Positions 29,397 to 40,811 of a DNA stretch of 64,000 nucleotides are shown here, one piece after another. Positions within the stretch are counted from its first letter, which is position 1. Every line of letters begins with the position of its first letter. Location: assembly GCA_963667665.2 (NCBI GenBank), contig OY763927.2, positions 1,600,001-1,664,000 of the forward strand, written 5' to 3'. The position numbers and the translations under genes were made by a program. Source of the DNA: Nitrosopumilus sp. Its GTDB lineage: Archaea > Thermoproteota > Nitrososphaeria > Nitrososphaerales > Nitrosopumilaceae. A model generated the notes under the pieces. It worked only from the letters and a program-made list of their open reading frames with translations. It had not been told where the DNA came from and did no database searches.

Positions 29397-29996
29397 TTGG
29401 CACCTAATTTTTTATTAGAACATGCTATTAAAAAAATTGTAAAGAAAACAGAAAAAGAAATCCTATTAGATCTCAAAAATTCAGGTTCTGATTCTAAACA
29501 AACACTTGATGATTCACTTACCAAACTAGAACAAGAATTTGATAAAATTATCTCAGATGGAAATAAAGAAGCCAACAAAATCGAAAAACAGATTATTGGT
29601 GGTGCTGATATAGAAGTTAGAAACAAACAACTTTTGTTATTAGAAGAAGGAGTAGACAAAGTATTTTCAAAAGCATTAGATCAAATAGCAAATACTGATC
29701 GAAGTGGAGATTACTCAAATTTAATTAAAACTTTGTTAGATGAATCAACTAAAATTTTAGGTACAACTGAAGTTACAGTTTTTACAAATGCTAAAGATAA
29801 AGATGTAGTAAAATCTGCATTAACTAAATTCTCAGGAGCTAAATTATCATCTGATACAATTGATTGTCTTGGTGGAATTATAATAAAATCAAAAGATGGT
29901 ACAATGACATTTGATAATACTATTGATGCAAGGATTGAACGCTTGAAGCCTTTAATAAGGAAAGAAATTGCATCCACATTCGGAGTGGGAAATTAG
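29397..29996 (+). CDS. atpE: A/V-type ATP synthase subunit E
   Basis: Coiled-coil N-terminus, [23 protein letters not shown]. Confidence 0.9.
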   Translation: MAPNFLLEHAIKKIVKKTEKEILLDLKNSGSDSKQTLDDSLTKLEQEFDKIISDGNKEANKIEKQIIGGADIEVRNKQLLLLEEGVDKVFSKALDQIANTDRSGDYSNLIKTLLDESTKILGTTEVTVFTNAKDKDVVKSALTKFSGAKLSSDTIDCLGGIIIKSKDGTMTFDNTIDARIERLKPLIRKEIASTFGVGN

Positions 29997-29997
29997 A

Positions 29998-31776
29998 ATG
30001 GTAGCTCAAGGTAAAATTGTTTGGGTAAGTGGTCCTGCTGTTAGAGCTGATGGAATGTCTGATGCAAAGATGTATGAAACTATATCTGTTGGTAATGCAA
30101 AATTAATTGGTGAAGTAATTAGATTAACTGGCGATGTTGCATTTATTCAAGTCTATGAATCAACTAGTGGATTAAAACCAGGTGAGCCTGTGGTTGGTAC
30201 CGGAAACCCACTTAGTGTATTGTTAGGTCCAGGAATTATTGGACAACTTTATGATGGAATTCAAAGACCTCTAAGAGAACTATCAAAACAATCTGGTTCA
30301 TTCATTGGAAGAGGTATTGTAACTACTCCAGTTGATATGACAAAAAAATGGCATTTTGTACCAACTGTTAGTGTTGGTGACGAAGTTGCTCCAGGAAATG
30401 TACTTGGAACTGTTAAAGAATCAGAACTGATTGATCACTCTATTATGGTTCCACCAGATCACAAAGGTGGAAAAATTACAAATATTGTTTCAGAAGGAGA
30501 TTATGATTTAGAAACTGAAATAGCAACATCTGAAAAAGACGGACAAATCATTTCACTTAAAATGTATCACAAATGGCCTGTACGAAAACCAAGACCATAC
30601 AAAAATCGTTATGATCCTACTGTTCCACTTATTACTGGACAACGTGTAATAGACACATTTTTCCCAATTGCAAAAGGTGGAACTGGTTCAATTCCTGGAG
30701 CATTTGGAACAGGAAAGACTGTTACATTACACCAAATTGCAAAATGGGCTGATGCTCAAGTTGTTGTTTACATCGGTTGTGGCGAACGAGGAAACGAGAT
30801 GACTGAAGTATTAGTTGAATTCCCACACCTCAAAGATCCGCGTACTGGAAAACCACTTATGGACAGAACTGTTCTTGTTGCAAATACTAGTAATATGCCA
30901 GTAGCTGCAAGAGAAGCAAGTATCTACACTGGTGTAACAATTGCAGAATATTACAGAGATATGGGTAAAGATGTTGTACTTGTAGCAGACTCTACAAGTA
31001 GATGGGCAGAAGCACTCAGAGAAATGAGTGGTAGATTAGAAGAGATGCCAGCAGAAGAAGGTTATCCATCATATCTTGCATCAAGATTAGCAGAATTTTA
31101 TGAAAGAGCAGGTCGTGTTAGAACAATTGGTAGTCCAGATCGTGATGGCTCAGTTACTTTAATTGGTGCTGTATCTCCATCAGGTGGTGACTTTACAGAA
31201 CCAGTTACAACTCACACAATGAGATTTATCAAGACTTTCTGGGCTTTGGATGCAAAACTTGCATACTCTAGGCACTATCCATCAATTAATTGGATGAACA
31301 GCTACTCTGGTTATCTTGCTGACATTGCTAAATGGTGGAGTGAAAATATCGATAAAGAATGGTTTAATGTACGAAGTGAAGTATATGGAATTTTACAAAG
31401 AGAAGACACACTAAAAGAAATTGTCAGACTCTTAGGTCCAGAAGCATTACCTGATGAAGAAAAACTAATTCTTGAAGTTGCAAGAATGGTAAAGATTAGT
31501 CTTTTACAGCAAAACTCATTTGATGATGTTGATACTTTTTGCAGTCCAGAAAAACAGTTTAAACTAATGAAACTATTAGTTGACTTTTACGATAAAGGTC
31601 AACAAGCAATCAAATCAGGTGCAACACTAGCTGATATTCGTGTAATGTCTATCATCCCTTCAATTCTCAAAGCAAGAATGGATATCAAAGATGATGAGAT
31701 GCAAAAACTTGATCAATTAGAAAAAGATATGGAAGAACAATTCAAATCAATTACAGGAGTTAAAGTATCAAATTGA
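29998..31776 (+). CDS. atpA: A/V-type ATP synthase catalytic subunit A
   Basis: GAFGTGKT P-loop, [27 protein letters not shown]. Confidence 0.98.
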   Translation: MVAQGKIVWVSGPAVRADGMSDAKMYETISVGNAKLIGEVIRLTGDVAFIQVYESTSGLKPGEPVVGTGNPLSVLLGPGIIGQLYDGIQRPLRELSKQSGSFIGRGIVTTPVDMTKKWHFVPTVSVGDEVAPGNVLGTVKESELIDHSIMVPPDHKGGKITNIVSEGDYDLETEIATSEKDGQIISLKMYHKWPVRKPRPYKNRYDPTVPLITGQRVIDTFFPIAKGGTGSIPGAFGTGKTVTLHQIAKWADAQVVVYIGCGERGNEMTEVLVEFPHLKDPRTGKPLMDRTVLVANTSNMPVAAREASIYTGVTIAEYYRDMGKDVVLVADSTSRWAEALREMSGRLEEMPAEEGYPSYLASRLAEFYERAGRVRTIGSPDRDGSVTLIGAVSPSGGDFTEPVTTHTMRFIKTFWALDAKLAYSRHYPSINWMNSYSGYLADIAKWWSENIDKEWFNVRSEVYGILQREDTLKEIVRLLGPEALPDEEKLILEVARMVKISLLQQNSFDDVDTFCSPEKQFKLMKLLVDFYDKGQQAIKSGATLADIRVMSIIPSILKARMDIKDDEMQKLDQLEKDMEEQFKSITGVKVSN

Positions 31777-33158
31777 CAACAGAAGGCGGAGTTCAATACA
31801 ACAAGATTGCTGAAATCAAAGGTCCACTGGTAGTTGTAGATGATGTTGATAATGCAGCATTTGATGAACTTGTTGAAATTGAAACTAAAGAGGGAGAAAG
31901 AAGATTAGGTAAAGTTCTCGAAGTAGGAAATGGAAAAGCAATCGTTCAAGTTTTTGAGGGAACAACTGGATTATCTATCTCTGGAACAAGTGCTAAATTT
32001 GTAGGTAAACTCATGGAGATGCCAGTATCAAAAGAAGTACTTGGTAGAGTTTTTGATGGATTAGGTAGACCAAAAGATGGACTACCAGATCCAATTGCTG
32101 ATAAATTTGTTGACATTAATGGTGAACCAATGAATCCAGAACAACGTGAATATCCAAAAGACTTCATTCAAACGGGCGTATCTGTAATTGATGGATTAAT
32201 GACTCTAGTTAGAGGACAAAAACTTCCAATCTTTTCAGGTTCTGGTATGTCTCACAACCTTTTAGCAGCACAAATTGCAAGACAAGCAAGTGTTGTTGGA
32301 ACAAAAGATGACTTTGCTGTAGTCTTTGCAGCCATTGGTGTGCAATACAGTGAAGCAGAATATTTCAGAAAAAGTCTTGAAGATTCTGGTGCACTAAAGA
32401 GAAGTGTTCTATTTCTAAATACTGCAGATGATCCTGCAATTGAAAGAATTATCACTCCACGTGTGGCCTTAACTGTCGCTGAATATTTGGCATTTGATTT
32501 AGGAATGCACGTTTTAGTTGTAATGACTGACATGACAAACTATGCAGAAGCATTAAGAGAGATTAGTGCAGCAAGAGAAGAAGTCCCTGGAAGAAAAGGC
32601 TATCCTGGATATCTTTACACTGACCTCTCAACAATCTATGAAAGAGCAGGTAAACTACAGGGAAGAAAAGGAAGTGTAACACAAGTTCCAATTTTATCAA
32701 TGCCATCTGATGATATTACTCACCCCATCCCTGACCTTACTGGTTACATTACAGAGGGGCAAATAGTAGTTGGTAGAGATTTGTTCAGACAAGGAATTTA
32801 TCCTCCAATCAATATTTTGATGAGTCTTAGTAGACTGATGAAAGACGGAATTGGTGAAGGTAGTACCAGAGCAGATCATAGTGAAGTTGCTAATCAAGTT
32901 TATGATGCATATTCTAGAGCACAAGAAGTAAGAGCACTAGCAGGTATTGTAGGTAAAACAGGACTAACTGAAATTGATTTGAAATACATGGATGTTGGTG
33001 ATGTCTTTGAAAAAGAATTCCTTTCACAAGCAACTGATGAGAATAGAACCATTGAAGAAACACTTGGTATCTTGTGGAAAATTGTTTCTAAACTTCCAAA
33101 AAATGAGATTACTAAAATCAAAGACAAATACGTAGACCAATATTATCAGGAAAAATAA
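31773..33158 (+). CDS. atpB: A/V-type ATP synthase subunit B
   Basis: [41 protein letters not shown]. Confidence 0.98.
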   Translation: MTTEGGVQYNKIAEIKGPLVVVDDVDNAAFDELVEIETKEGERRLGKVLEVGNGKAIVQVFEGTTGLSISGTSAKFVGKLMEMPVSKEVLGRVFDGLGRPKDGLPDPIADKFVDINGEPMNPEQREYPKDFIQTGVSVIDGLMTLVRGQKLPIFSGSGMSHNLLAAQIARQASVVGTKDDFAVVFAAIGVQYSEAEYFRKSLEDSGALKRSVLFLNTADDPAIERIITPRVALTVAEYLAFDLGMHVLVVMTDMTNYAEALREISAAREEVPGRKGYPGYLYTDLSTIYERAGKLQGRKGSVTQVPILSMPSDDITHPIPDLTGYITEGQIVVGRDLFRQGIYPPINILMSLSRLMKDGIGEGSTRADHSEVANQVYDAYSRAQEVRALAGIVGKTGLTEIDLKYMDVGDVFEKEFLSQATDENRTIEETLGILWKIVSKLPKNEITKIKDKYVDQYYQEK

Positions 33159-33162
33159 TAAA

Positions 33163-33798
33163 ATGTCATTTGGACAAAATGTCTCTGCAACAAAAATTGA
33201 ACTTTTAAAATTTAAAAAATCTAGCCAAGTCGCCACTATGGTTCGAAAAATTTTAGATGATAAACGTAAAGTTCTCTTAAAGAACATTGAAAAAATGATT
33301 GTAGAAGCCTCAAAAGCAAGAGGTGGAATTTGGGATCCTTTACAAGATATCTACAAGTCAGTTAATGAAGCATATTTAGCCTTAGGAACTGATACTGTTG
33401 ACTCTGTTGCAGAATCCACACCACCTGTAATGCAAGTAGATGTTCATGTAAGAAGAGTTGTTGATGTAAAGATTCCAGCACTTACAGTAACTGAAAAAGA
33501 CACAAAATCAATGCCTTATGGATTTGCTGATACAAATTCTTCAATTGATAGAGCAGCAAAACAAATCAAAGAACTACTTCCAAAAATTTGTAAAGCAGCA
33601 GAATATGAAAATTCAATCTTTAGCCTTGCAAAAGCATTAGAAAAGACCCAAAAATTGTTAAATGCTCTTGAAAATGTAATTATTCCACAATATCAACATA
33701 ACATTCGATTTATTGCTCAAGCCCTTGAAGAAAAAGAAAGAGAAGAATTTGCAAAGTTAAAAAAAGTCAAAGCAAAGATACAAAGTAGGAAATCATGA
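33163..33798 (+). CDS. atpD: A/V-type ATP synthase subunit D
   Basis: ATKIEL, LDDKR, KTQKLLNALENVIIP, LEEKEREEF. Confidence 0.95.
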   Translation: MSFGQNVSATKIELLKFKKSSQVATMVRKILDDKRKVLLKNIEKMIVEASKARGGIWDPLQDIYKSVNEAYLALGTDTVDSVAESTPPVMQVDVHVRRVVDVKIPALTVTEKDTKSMPYGFADTNSSIDRAAKQIKELLPKICKAAEYENSIFSLAKALEKTQKLLNALENVIIPQYQHNIRFIAQALEEKEREEFAKLKKVKAKIQSRKS

Positions 33799-33926
33799 CA
33801 AAAGAAGAAATTAAAAAATTAGTCGAGAATTCTAAAAAGACGTTAGATAACGATCATGAGAATTTTGCTAAATCAATTAAAGATGATCTAACATCATTCA
33901 AAAAGAAAACACTTGATCAAATTTAG
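33795..33926 (+). CDS. 43-aa charged helical protein inside the ATP synthase operon
   Basis: ATGA overlap with atpD; MTKEEIKKLVENSKKTLDNDHENFAKSIKDDLTSFKKKTLDQI*. Confidence 0.7.
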   Translation: MTKEEIKKLVENSKKTLDNDHENFAKSIKDDLTSFKKKTLDQI

Positions 33927-33977
33927 TGCTATCATATCATCATGATTTAAATATAGAATTATGAGGAATTCAGACAG

Positions 33978-34289
33978 ATGAAACCTATTGTTTTATTGTT
34001 ATCAGTAGCAGCAATTGCATTAGTAGCTGCAGGTCTTACAGATGTAGCATATGCTCAAGAAGAATCTACTGCTAGCATGAGTGATGGCTCCAAACTAATT
34101 GGTGCTGGTATAGCATTTGGTGTTGCAGCAGGCGGTGCCGGTGTTGGTTTAGGTCAAGTAGGTGCAGCAGGTCTTGCAGTAATTAGTGAGAATCCTGCAT
34201 TACAATCCAAAGTATTCATCTTTGTAGGAATGGTAGAATCAATCGCTATCTATGGTATAGTTATGATGTTTATCATCTTAGGACAATAA
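33978..34289 (+). CDS. atpK: A-type ATP synthase proteolipid subunit K (c) with N-terminal signal-like extension
   Basis: GAGIAFGVAAGGAGVGLG, ENP, ion-binding Glu in GMVESIAIYG. Confidence 0.95.
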   Translation: MKPIVLLLSVAAIALVAAGLTDVAYAQEESTASMSDGSKLIGAGIAFGVAAGGAGVGLGQVGAAGLAVISENPALQSKVFIFVGMVESIAIYGIVMMFIILGQ

Positions 34290-34318
34290 ACCACAACAAT
34301 ATCTTTTTCAAATTTAAT

Positions 34319-34780
34319 TTAATTATACTTTAGCTGATTTACATCTAATACTCTTGCACAATATCTACACTTGAGTACTCTTCCTTCCTTGTCCATAACA
34401 TCCATTACTGATTCAATGTGTTCTGTACTATTTGTGATACAGTCTGGATTTGAGCAACGAAAGATTCTATCAATCTCATTTGGAAGTGCAACCCTTCTCT
34501 TTTCAACTAGCTTGTAGTTTTTGATAATGTTAATTGTTGCCTTTGGTACAATGACTGCAAGTTTGTTTGTATCATCATCTTTTAGAAATTTATTTTCTAC
34601 TTTTATGATGTCTTTTTTCTTGAATTTTCCACTTGGAACATTCAAGGCTATGGTAATTAGACTACCATCTTTACCATCAATTCTTAATGCATTTAGAACT
34701 TGAAGACCCTTACCTTCGTCAATATGGTCAATAACAGTACCCTCCTTGATTCGTCGAACTAAAAGTTCGGACTGGTCCAT
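34319..34780 (-). CDS. pyrI: aspartate carbamoyltransferase regulatory chain
   Basis: IKEGTVIDHI, KKDIIKVE, CSNPDCIT, CRYC. Confidence 0.97.
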   Translation of the reverse strand: MDQSELLVRRIKEGTVIDHIDEGKGLQVLNALRIDGKDGSLITIALNVPSGKFKKKDIIKVENKFLKDDDTNKLAVIVPKATINIIKNYKLVEKRRVALPNEIDRIFRCSNPDCITNSTEHIESVMDVMDKEGRVLKCRYCARVLDVNQLKYN

Positions 34781-34821
34781 CAGAATACTTTGTATAGTCT
34801 CCTGTATATATTATTGAAAGA

Positions 34822-35751
34822 ATGAACGAGTTCTATCAAAAAGATATCATCTCAATTAAGGAATTTGATAAAGGAAAACTAGAGAAAATCTTTGTCTCAA
34901 CAAATAAAATTATGAAACTAGATCCAATAGAGCGAAGGGAAATATGTAAAGGAAAAACTTTAGCTTATCTATTTTATGAGCCAAGTACTAGAACTCGTCT
35001 CAGTTTTGATGCTGCTATGGCATCAATTGGTGGCAATTCCTTAGGAATCTCTGATATCACTTCTTCTTCTACACAAAAAGGTGAAAGTCTTGCTGATACT
35101 GTACGAATAATGTCAATTTACTCTGATGTTTTAGTACTAAGACACACTATGGATGGTTCAAGTAGATTTGCATCTGAAGTTTCAAACAAACCTGTAATTA
35201 ATGCAGGTAGTGGTACAGAAGAGCATCCAACTCAAGCAATTCAGGATTTGTTTACAATTAAGAAAGAAAAGAAAAAGATTGATGGTCTAAAGATTGGAAT
35301 TGTAGGTGATCTAAAGTATGGACGAACTGTTTATTCTCTGTTGTATGGACTTGGAAATTATGATGTTGATGTTCGTTTAATTTCTCCAGAATCCCTTAGA
35401 ATACGTTCTGATTCAGTTTATGAAATCAAAAAGAGATTATCTTATACAGAATCTACTGATATTGAAGAACACATTGATGAACTTGATGTTCTTTATGTAA
35501 CAAGAATCCAAAAGGAGAGATTTCCTGATGAAGAAGAATATCTCAAAGTCAAAGGAAGCTATGTAGTAGGATTGGATTTATTAAAACAAATGAAAGAGGA
35601 TTCTATAATTTTACATCCCCTTCCAAGATTAGATGAAATTTCAACTGATGTTGATAATACAAAAAATGCCAAGTACTTTGAGCAAGCTGAATATGGAAAA
35701 TATACGCGTGCAGCTCTATTAGGCCTGATACTTAATGAGAACGGTTTTTAA
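34822..35751 (+). CDS. pyrB: aspartate carbamoyltransferase catalytic chain
   Basis: FYEPSTRTRLSF, HPTQ, GDLKYGRTV, RIQKERF, HPLPR. Confidence 0.98.
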   Translation: MNEFYQKDIISIKEFDKGKLEKIFVSTNKIMKLDPIERREICKGKTLAYLFYEPSTRTRLSFDAAMASIGGNSLGISDITSSSTQKGESLADTVRIMSIYSDVLVLRHTMDGSSRFASEVSNKPVINAGSGTEEHPTQAIQDLFTIKKEKKKIDGLKIGIVGDLKYGRTVYSLLYGLGNYDVDVRLISPESLRIRSDSVYEIKKRLSYTESTDIEEHIDELDVLYVTRIQKERFPDEEEYLKVKGSYVVGLDLLKQMKEDSIILHPLPRLDEISTDVDNTKNAKYFEQAEYGKYTRAALLGLILNENGF

Positions 35752-35803
35752 TTTATTTGAGACTCCGTATTCAATATATCTAGAGACATTTCAATATGAT
35801 TAG

Positions 35804-36514
35804 TTGACTCAAACAAAACTAATCCCAATATTTCCTTTAGATCTAGTTTTATTTCCTAGACAGGAACTTCCACTTCGAATCTTTGAGCCTCGTTACAAGC
35901 AATTAGTTGATGATTGTATGCTAGGTGATGGTCAGTTTGGTGTGTGTTTGATTGATGAAAAAAATTCTGTAAACGGTTGGAATTCTCCTAAACTAGTAGG
36001 GACAATTGCCAAAATTACAAAGTGTGAAGACGTTCAACTTGATGGATTACAATTACACATTGAGACTATAGGCAGAAACTCTTTTAAAATTAAGAAAATT
36101 ATTTCTCCATCAATTCCTCAACCTACAAACTATGATCCATTTTCAGTAGAAGGACATCAAGAAATATCTGAAATGCATGAGAAAGTTGGAACTGGAGAGA
36201 AAATGTACATACAAGCTGAAGTTGAAATGATTCCAGAAATTGATGAGAACATTTCAATTAACCAATGGGAAAAACTAGTTGAATTATGGAAAAAGAAAGT
36301 TGTTACACAAGCATTACCTCAAATTGTTGAACCACATTCATTAGAACATGTTTTAGAACAGTACTATCTTACTACTGATACACCTACAATTGATTACATT
36401 TATTCATTGTCTGCACTTGGTGCAAATGATCCAAATGATCTTCAACCTATTTTGGAGGCTACAACAATGGATGATTTGCTTCAAAAAGTTGATGAATTAC
36501 TGACAGTAAAATAA
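35804..36514 (+). CDS. LON peptidase N-terminal (substrate-binding) domain protein
   Basis: IPIFPLDLVLFP..LPLRIFEPRYKQLV. Confidence 0.9.
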   Translation: MTQTKLIPIFPLDLVLFPRQELPLRIFEPRYKQLVDDCMLGDGQFGVCLIDEKNSVNGWNSPKLVGTIAKITKCEDVQLDGLQLHIETIGRNSFKIKKIISPSIPQPTNYDPFSVEGHQEISEMHEKVGTGEKMYIQAEVEMIPEIDENISINQWEKLVELWKKKVVTQALPQIVEPHSLEHVLEQYYLTTDTPTIDYIYSLSALGANDPNDLQPILEATTMDDLLQKVDELLTVK

Positions 36515-36524
36515 CCCTAATGGA

Positions 36525-37898
36525 ATGAAAATAATGTTGTCATTAACAAAATTTGGAATATTTGTAATGGTTGTGTGCTTGTTATTTCCAGCAAGTAGTG
36601 TTTATGGACATGGAACAGGAATTGATAAAATTTCTTCAATAGATATCCAAGGCAAGGAAATCTCAATTACAGTTGAGATGCCAATGTATTTTGAAAATGA
36701 TCGAGAACAAATTACAATTACTGCAACTGAAAAGGAAACAAAAGAAAATGCAAAAAATATTACATTTCTAATTGGTTTGTTTCATAACAATGAAATGATT
36801 TTTAGAAACTATTTCTTTGCAGAAGATGGTGTTTTACCAATTAAAATAATACCAACACAAGAAGGTAAAGTTACAATTCATGGTGAACAAGACTCTTTGC
36901 TTGGAGCATGGCATGGAACAGAATCTAATCCTATAGAAATTACAGGACCTTTGTTTAATTCAGGTGGATTGTATAATTTTGAGATTGAAGTAAGAACCAT
37001 TGATGAACCAACTAACATCATAGAGGATTCTGGTATCTATAATGCAGATTTGAGTATTATTGAGACCACCTCTTTCATTCAAAAAGATACAGAAAATCAT
37101 GATGTGGAATTTAGTGTAAAGTCATATTTTGATAAAATTTCTAATTTTGAATATGATTCTGAGGCTAAACAGGTAACATTTGAGATGCCATTTGACTGGA
37201 GTGAAAAACAAATGTCTCATGTGCCTGTGGTCCATGTAGAAGTTCATTTTCCAAAAGATCTCACTGAATTTTTCACTCCTGGTTATTCAGGAGATGCAAA
37301 TGGAATTAAGTTATTCAAGTCTTCAGTAACAATTGATGATTATACAGAAGAAGATGAAAGAATAGTTCATTTTGTTTTGTTACAAGATCATCTAAGAATT
37401 TTGAAAAATGACATGAAAAAATCAAATGAATCATTACCTGATAATATTATATTTACATTATTTACTGGAAATGAAATCGAATTACCTTTAATTGCGTATA
37501 CAAAAAGTGAGGACTTTAAAGTAAATCTTTCATGGGATCCTGTAGAGATAGAACCTGGAATCAACACAAACTTTGTTTTTACTATTAGAGATGGACAAAC
37601 TAGTGAACCATTAAGAAATTCTGATTATACATTTATAATTATTCAAAATGGTAAGGAGATTTATCGTACATCAGGATCAGCAATAATTGGTGGTGATTTT
37701 GAAAAATACACATTTGGAGAAGATCAGACAGGTCCAATGATAATAAAATTTGAAAACATTCGAAATACTGGAGAAGAAGTTGAGTTTGGAATTGTTGTAG
37801 CACCAGAATTTGGAGCTGTAACATTAATTATTTTAGTAATTTCAATAACTGCAGTAATTTTTGTTACTCGAAGAAATTCTTTTAGATTAAGTGTCTAA
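36525..37898 (+). CDS. secreted PEFG-CTERM sorting-domain surface protein
   Basis: Signal peptide (VYG/HG), C-terminal APEFG + TM + RR; paralogous to 47391..49112 (shared MPFDWS and VVHxEV). Confidence 0.85.
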   Translation: MKIMLSLTKFGIFVMVVCLLFPASSVYGHGTGIDKISSIDIQGKEISITVEMPMYFENDREQITITATEKETKENAKNITFLIGLFHNNEMIFRNYFFAEDGVLPIKIIPTQEGKVTIHGEQDSLLGAWHGTESNPIEITGPLFNSGGLYNFEIEVRTIDEPTNIIEDSGIYNADLSIIETTSFIQKDTENHDVEFSVKSYFDKISNFEYDSEAKQVTFEMPFDWSEKQMSHVPVVHVEVHFPKDLTEFFTPGYSGDANGIKLFKSSVTIDDYTEEDERIVHFVLLQDHLRILKNDMKKSNESLPDNIIFTLFTGNEIELPLIAYTKSEDFKVNLSWDPVEIEPGINTNFVFTIRDGQTSEPLRNSDYTFIIIQNGKEIYRTSGSAIIGGDFEKYTFGEDQTGPMIIKFENIRNTGEEVEFGIVVAPEFGAVTLIILVISITAVIFVTRRNSFRLSV

Positions 37899-38278
37899 AG
37901 TGCAACAAGCTTTACAGTATCCATGTTTCTATTTGTCTGAAAATCTTTTGTCATTGTAGATACTTTTTCTGCATCGCCATTCATAACAAAAAGTTCCATA
38001 CATTTTTCTTTCTCAATCTTACTATGAAGATGTGTTATAATTAGATCCTCAAAGTTATGAGTAATTCCTGAAACAACATGATCAAATTCGTCATTGTGTA
38101 CAACTAAAAGAATTGCATGAATATCTCCAGCCAAATCTGACTTTTGTTTTTCTTCAGAAACAAATGCTCTGATTCCTGCTCTGATGGCTTCAGATCTTCC
38201 TGAAAATCCCATAGATGATTGTAGTTTGTCTAATTCTGAGAGAATTTCATCATTTAAGGAGATTGAAACTATTGGCAT
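37895..38278 (-). CDS. CopG/NikR-family metal-responsive regulator
   Basis: Ribbon-helix-helix IVSISL...GRSEAIR and metal-site THLH...CMELF. Confidence 0.9.
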   Translation of the reverse strand: MPIVSISLNDEILSELDKLQSSMGFSGRSEAIRAGIRAFVSEEKQKSDLAGDIHAILLVVHNDEFDHVVSGITHNFEDLIITHLHSKIEKEKCMELFVMNGDAEKVSTMTKDFQTNRNMDTVKLVAL

Positions 38279-38368
38279 ATGCCTAATGTTATTAATTATC
38301 TTATAAGTTTAGCAATTAATCTTATTAATATTTTATAGATTTATTAATAATTTACATTGAGTTGTTTC

Positions 38369-39274
38369 ATGAATATACAAATCAAGCTTGCAATAATTGC
38401 AATAGCTGTAATAATTCCATTAAGCTCAATTGCTGTTTATGGAACTGACTCAAATCAGCAATTTACCCCAATTGATAGTTCAAAACTACAAGTTATCTCA
38501 TCATTTTATGCACTTCACGAATTTTCTCAAAATGTTGGACAAGAAAAAGTAGATGTTACTTTACTTGTACCTGTTGGAGTTGAACCTCATGATTGGGGGC
38601 CAACTATTAAAGATGTACAAAGAATGCAACAATCTGATTTAATAATTATCAATGGAATAGGTTTTGAAAATTGGGTTGATAATCTAAAAGAAACTAATTA
38701 CCAAGGAGTGATAGTTGATACAAGTAATGGAATTTTAGATAATAATCTTGGTCAAGAACAAATTAGTACTTCTGGAGATCCTCACATTTGGTTAAATCCA
38801 GTTTATGCAAAAATACAAGTTCAAAATATTGCAAATGCTTTTTCTAATTCAGATCCTAGCAATCAAGAATATTATCAATCAAACGCGGCAAAATATATTG
38901 AAGAATTAGAATTTCTTGATTTAAAAATTCGTAATGAATTATCTAATTGTAATCATGATTTTGTAGCTTTTCATGATGCATTTTCATATTTTGCAGATGA
39001 ATATAATTTAAATCAACACACAATTATTTCATCAAACGATCCACATGGAGAAGCTACAGCAAAAACATTAGAAAATATTATTTCTACATCCAAAGAACTA
39101 AACATTTCAGTTATTTTTAGTGAAGAGAATGTTAATACTAGAACATCTGAAATAATTGCAAATGAAATAGATGGCAAAGTTCTAGTTTTATCTACACTTG
39201 AAGTTTCATCTGATGGAACTTACATTTCTAAAATGACTGAAAATCTTAACAACTTAGAAGAGGCGTTATGTTGA
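38369..39274 (+). CDS. znuA: metal (Zn/Mn) ABC transporter substrate-binding protein
   Basis: GVEPHDW, GDPHIWLNP, HDAFSYFA. Confidence 0.88.
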   Translation: MNIQIKLAIIAIAVIIPLSSIAVYGTDSNQQFTPIDSSKLQVISSFYALHEFSQNVGQEKVDVTLLVPVGVEPHDWGPTIKDVQRMQQSDLIIINGIGFENWVDNLKETNYQGVIVDTSNGILDNNLGQEQISTSGDPHIWLNPVYAKIQVQNIANAFSNSDPSNQEYYQSNAAKYIEELEFLDLKIRNELSNCNHDFVAFHDAFSYFADEYNLNQHTIISSNDPHGEATAKTLENIISTSKELNISVIFSEENVNTRTSEIIANEIDGKVLVLSTLEVSSDGTYISKMTENLNNLEEALC

Positions 39275-39990
39275 AAGTAGTTGAAATTAATAATCTAACG
39301 GTTCAATATCCAGATGTCAAAGCACTTGATGATGTAAGTTTTATAATCAATTCAGGAGATTTTCTAGGCATAATTGGGCCTAATGGTGCTGGAAAATCAA
39401 CTCTTTTTGATTCAATGTTAGGACTTAACACAAAATACAAAGGAACTATCAAATTTTTTGGTGAGGATATAAAAAAATCAAAAAATTATCTCAAAGAAAT
39501 TGGATATGTGCCACAAAAACCAATCTTTGAAAAAAATTTTCCAGTTACAGTTAATGATGTTGTAAGAATGGGTTTAAGAAATGAATCTGATGAAAATAAA
39601 ATTGATGAAATTTTACAACAATTATGGATACATGAACTAAGCAACCGAAGAATTGGTGAATTGTCTGGTGGACAGCAACAAAGAGTCTTTATTGCAAAAG
39701 CTTTGGTAAATAATCCAAAAATTTTGATTCTTGATGAACCTGTAACCGGAATTGATCAACAAAGCATTGAATTGTTCTACAGTATACTTCGGGAATTAAA
39801 TTCAAAACAAAAAATTACTATTATCTGGTCTTCTCATGATTTGGACGCAGTTAATCAACTAGCAAATCATGTAGCATGTCTAAATAGAACATTATTTTTC
39901 CATGGAGAGTCTGAAAAATTCTTTTCTGATGATAAACTTGTTAAGCAATATTCTGAGGCCTCGATGCAAGAACATATGCATCATCATTAA
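39268..39990 (+). CDS. znuC: metal ABC transporter ATP-binding protein
   Basis: GPNGAGKST, GYVPQ, LSGGQQQRV, LDEP, SHDL; His-rich C-terminus. Confidence 0.9.
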   Translation: MLKVVEINNLTVQYPDVKALDDVSFIINSGDFLGIIGPNGAGKSTLFDSMLGLNTKYKGTIKFFGEDIKKSKNYLKEIGYVPQKPIFEKNFPVTVNDVVRMGLRNESDENKIDEILQQLWIHELSNRRIGELSGGQQQRVFIAKALVNNPKILILDEPVTGIDQQSIELFYSILRELNSKQKITIIWSSHDLDAVNQLANHVACLNRTLFFHGESEKFFSDDKLVKQYSEASMQEHMHHH

Positions 39991-39992
39991 TC

Positions 39993-40811
39993 ATGTCTCT
40001 AGAAATTCTAACTTACAGTTTTATGCATAGAGCATTGATTTCTGGAATTGCTATTGCAATTCTTTGTTCAGTTGTTGGATTATTTTTGGTATTAAGACGT
40101 TATTCATTATTTGGTGATGCAATTGCACATTCATCATTTGGTGGAATTGCATTAGGTTTGTTAGCAGGTGTTTATCCATTATGGACAGCTTATGGAGTTT
40201 CTATAGTTAGTGCACTAATAATTACCAAAATCAAAGACAGATACAACATATCTGGTGATGCATCAATTGCAGTACTTTTATCGTCAGGAATAGCAGTTGG
40301 GCTCGTAATTATTGGATTTTCAGGAGGCTTTACGATTGATATCTTTAGTTTTCTCTTTGGAAGTATTCTTCTTGTTAGCGTAGATGATACTATTTTGATC
40401 TTATCATTAACTGGAGTAATTCTAATTGTAATTTTATTACTATATCGACAAATTCTTTATTCTACATTTAATGAAGAACAGGCAAAAGTTAGTGGAATTC
40501 CTGTAGAAAAAATAAATTATTTGATTGTGTTTATGGCAGGAATTACTGTAGTTACATCAATTCAGCTTGTAGGAGTTTTGTTAATTTCCGCTTTGTTTGT
40601 GATTCCTAATGTAACTGCAATTATGTATGGTAAAGGTTTCAAACAAACAGCAATTATTTCAATGAGTTTTTCTGTCTTCTCTGTTGTTGTAGGAATTCTA
40701 ATCTCTTATGTTTTTGATATTACTCCTGCAGGAACTATTGTTTTGTTGTCAATTGCACTTCTTGCAGGAACTATGATAATAAAATCTGCTGGATTATTAT
40801 CTAAGAATTAA
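39993..40811 (+). CDS. znuB: metal ABC transporter permease (ABC-3)
   Basis: VLRRYSLFGDAIAHSSFGG, SFLFGSIL, VGVLLISAL. Confidence 0.9.
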   Translation: MSLEILTYSFMHRALISGIAIAILCSVVGLFLVLRRYSLFGDAIAHSSFGGIALGLLAGVYPLWTAYGVSIVSALIITKIKDRYNISGDASIAVLLSSGIAVGLVIIGFSGGFTIDIFSFLFGSILLVSVDDTILILSLTGVILIVILLLYRQILYSTFNEEQAKVSGIPVEKINYLIVFMAGITVVTSIQLVGVLLISALFVIPNVTAIMYGKGFKQTAIISMSFSVFSVVVGILISYVFDITPAGTIVLLSIALLAGTMIIKSAGLLSKN

